From Amphiscolops sp. MND2022 (Eukaryota), in contig OZ076409.1 in assembly GCA_964187785.1 (NCBI GenBank), positions 82,586,001 through 82,650,000 of the forward strand: a DNA stretch of 64,000 bases, read 5' to 3'. The position numbers and the translations under genes were made by a program. Positions 62,801-64,000 of this stretch are shown here, piece after piece. The notes below the pieces were generated by a model. It saw nothing but the letters and a program-made list of their open reading frames with translations. It was not told where the DNA came from and searched no databases. Every line of letters begins with the position of its first letter. Position 1 is the stretch's first letter.

Positions 62801-64000
62801 CAATAGTGGTTCAAGTGCTTGGTGATCCGAGAATAATTTGATTTTTTTTGCCGTATAGGTAGATTCGGAATCTCTGTAAGCCCCAAACAACGGCTAATAA
62901 AATTCCAGTTCACCGATGGAATATTTATTTTCTGCATCTTTTAAGTAGCGGCTGGCAAATGCGATAGGTTTTAGTTCTCCGCTACATTGCTTTTGCCATA
63001 ATGCCACTCCCAATCCGGTGGTTCATGCGTCGGTGGTGACGATGTTTTCTTTATTTCCGCTTAGTGGGCTAGGCACGGTAGGGATGTTAGTTCTTGTTCT
63101 ATTTTGTTGAAGTCCGTATCGCGATCGTCGGTCCAGTTCTATTTTGTTCTTTTTTAAGTAGTTGTCTCATTTTGTCGATTTTCGGAGAGTTTCGGTATGA
63201 ATTTTTCAAAATTTTGGATGGCACCGAGGAAAGACTTCAGTGTTTTGGTGTTTGTGGGGTGTTCCAATTTATTAATTGCGTCAGTTTTTTCTTTGTTAGG
63301 TCTGATTCCGTCTTGTGAGGTTGTGTGTCCGAGCCATATCGTTCCTTTTTGGTAGAATTTTGATTTCTTTTTGCTTGCTTCGTATCCTTCATTTTCTAGT
63401 TTCGTTAAGACCGAATATAATATTCGGGTATGTTCTTCTTTTGTTCCCCGGGTTACAATGATGATGTCGTCTAGCCAAACGGGTGTTTAATGTCCGAGTG
63501 TTCAGTCTATTTTCTCTTGGAAAAATGTTGGTATATCGGCTGGACCGTAGAAACCTTTCAAGAATCGGTAGTACCCGTTCATGTTTTCGCCTGTCACGGC
63601 GAAATTGCAATGTTTACTGGTTTCCGGGGCTAGTTTCATTTGTCCGTATGCATAATCAAGGTTTATCACGGAGATCCAGATTGGGTCGTGGTCGTTTCTT
63701 GATAGTTCGGTGGATATTTGGTTTAATAGTTCTTCAATGTTAGGCATGTGCGGTCTTTTCTTTACGCAACTTTCGTTTAGTTTTCTAGCGTCTAGTGCAA
63801 TTTTTACTGTTTTGTCTTTCTTCACCGTAATTACTACGGGGGATACAAAACAGTCTTCTTCGATTGTTTCCAGTCTTTCAAGGTGTCCGGATTTTATTGA
63901 TCGGTCCAATTCGTTCTTCACGTCTTGTTGTAAGTGGTATGGTATTGGTCTGGTTTTTTGTTGGATTGGGTAACATCCAGGTTTTATTTGGATTTTTACT
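59826..64000 (-). mobile_element. Second Ty3/Gypsy element (pol portion), decayed; continues beyond window end
   Basis: FVSPVVITVKKD..ALDARKLN, LDYAYGQ, FYGPADIPT, VWLDDIIIVT; KPIAFASRYL, FSDHQALEPLL; HFGHPG..CSAC; IKSDRGGAF, GLVERTI. Related to but distinct from 24564-29460. Confidence 0.92.

Overview
AT-rich, repeat-dense eukaryotic (animal-like) genomic DNA. No prokaryotic operons, CRISPR arrays, rRNA or tRNA genes were seen. Bases 1-12146 are the right-hand part of a decayed endogenous Polinton/Maverick (adintovirus-like) element that continues off the left edge. It carries remnants of the minor capsid, cysteine protease, major capsid, basic core-like ORF, integrase C-terminus, packaging ATPase, several accessory ORFs and a zinc-finger-led protein-primed DNA polymerase B. 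It ends in a ...ACTACTACT terminus inserted into a Helentron-like (HINE) repeat. The rest of the window contains an internally deleted CGGBP1-like hAT transposon (22-bp TIR, 8-bp TSD), a near full-length CR1/L2-group LINE whose ORF2 is in frame with ORF1 across one TGA, two decayed Gypsy elements with an atypical (W/R)LDD RT motif, and a BEL/Pao element with an inverted gag-protease block. It also has a Tc1 relic, several CCC...GGG 2-bp-TSD non-autonomous elements, many HINE copies, a perfect 112-bp palindrome, a foldback repeat, and one probable host exon (signal peptide plus N-terminus of a Cys-loop ion channel). All calls come from reading motifs by eye; no database searches were run and relic boundaries are approximate.
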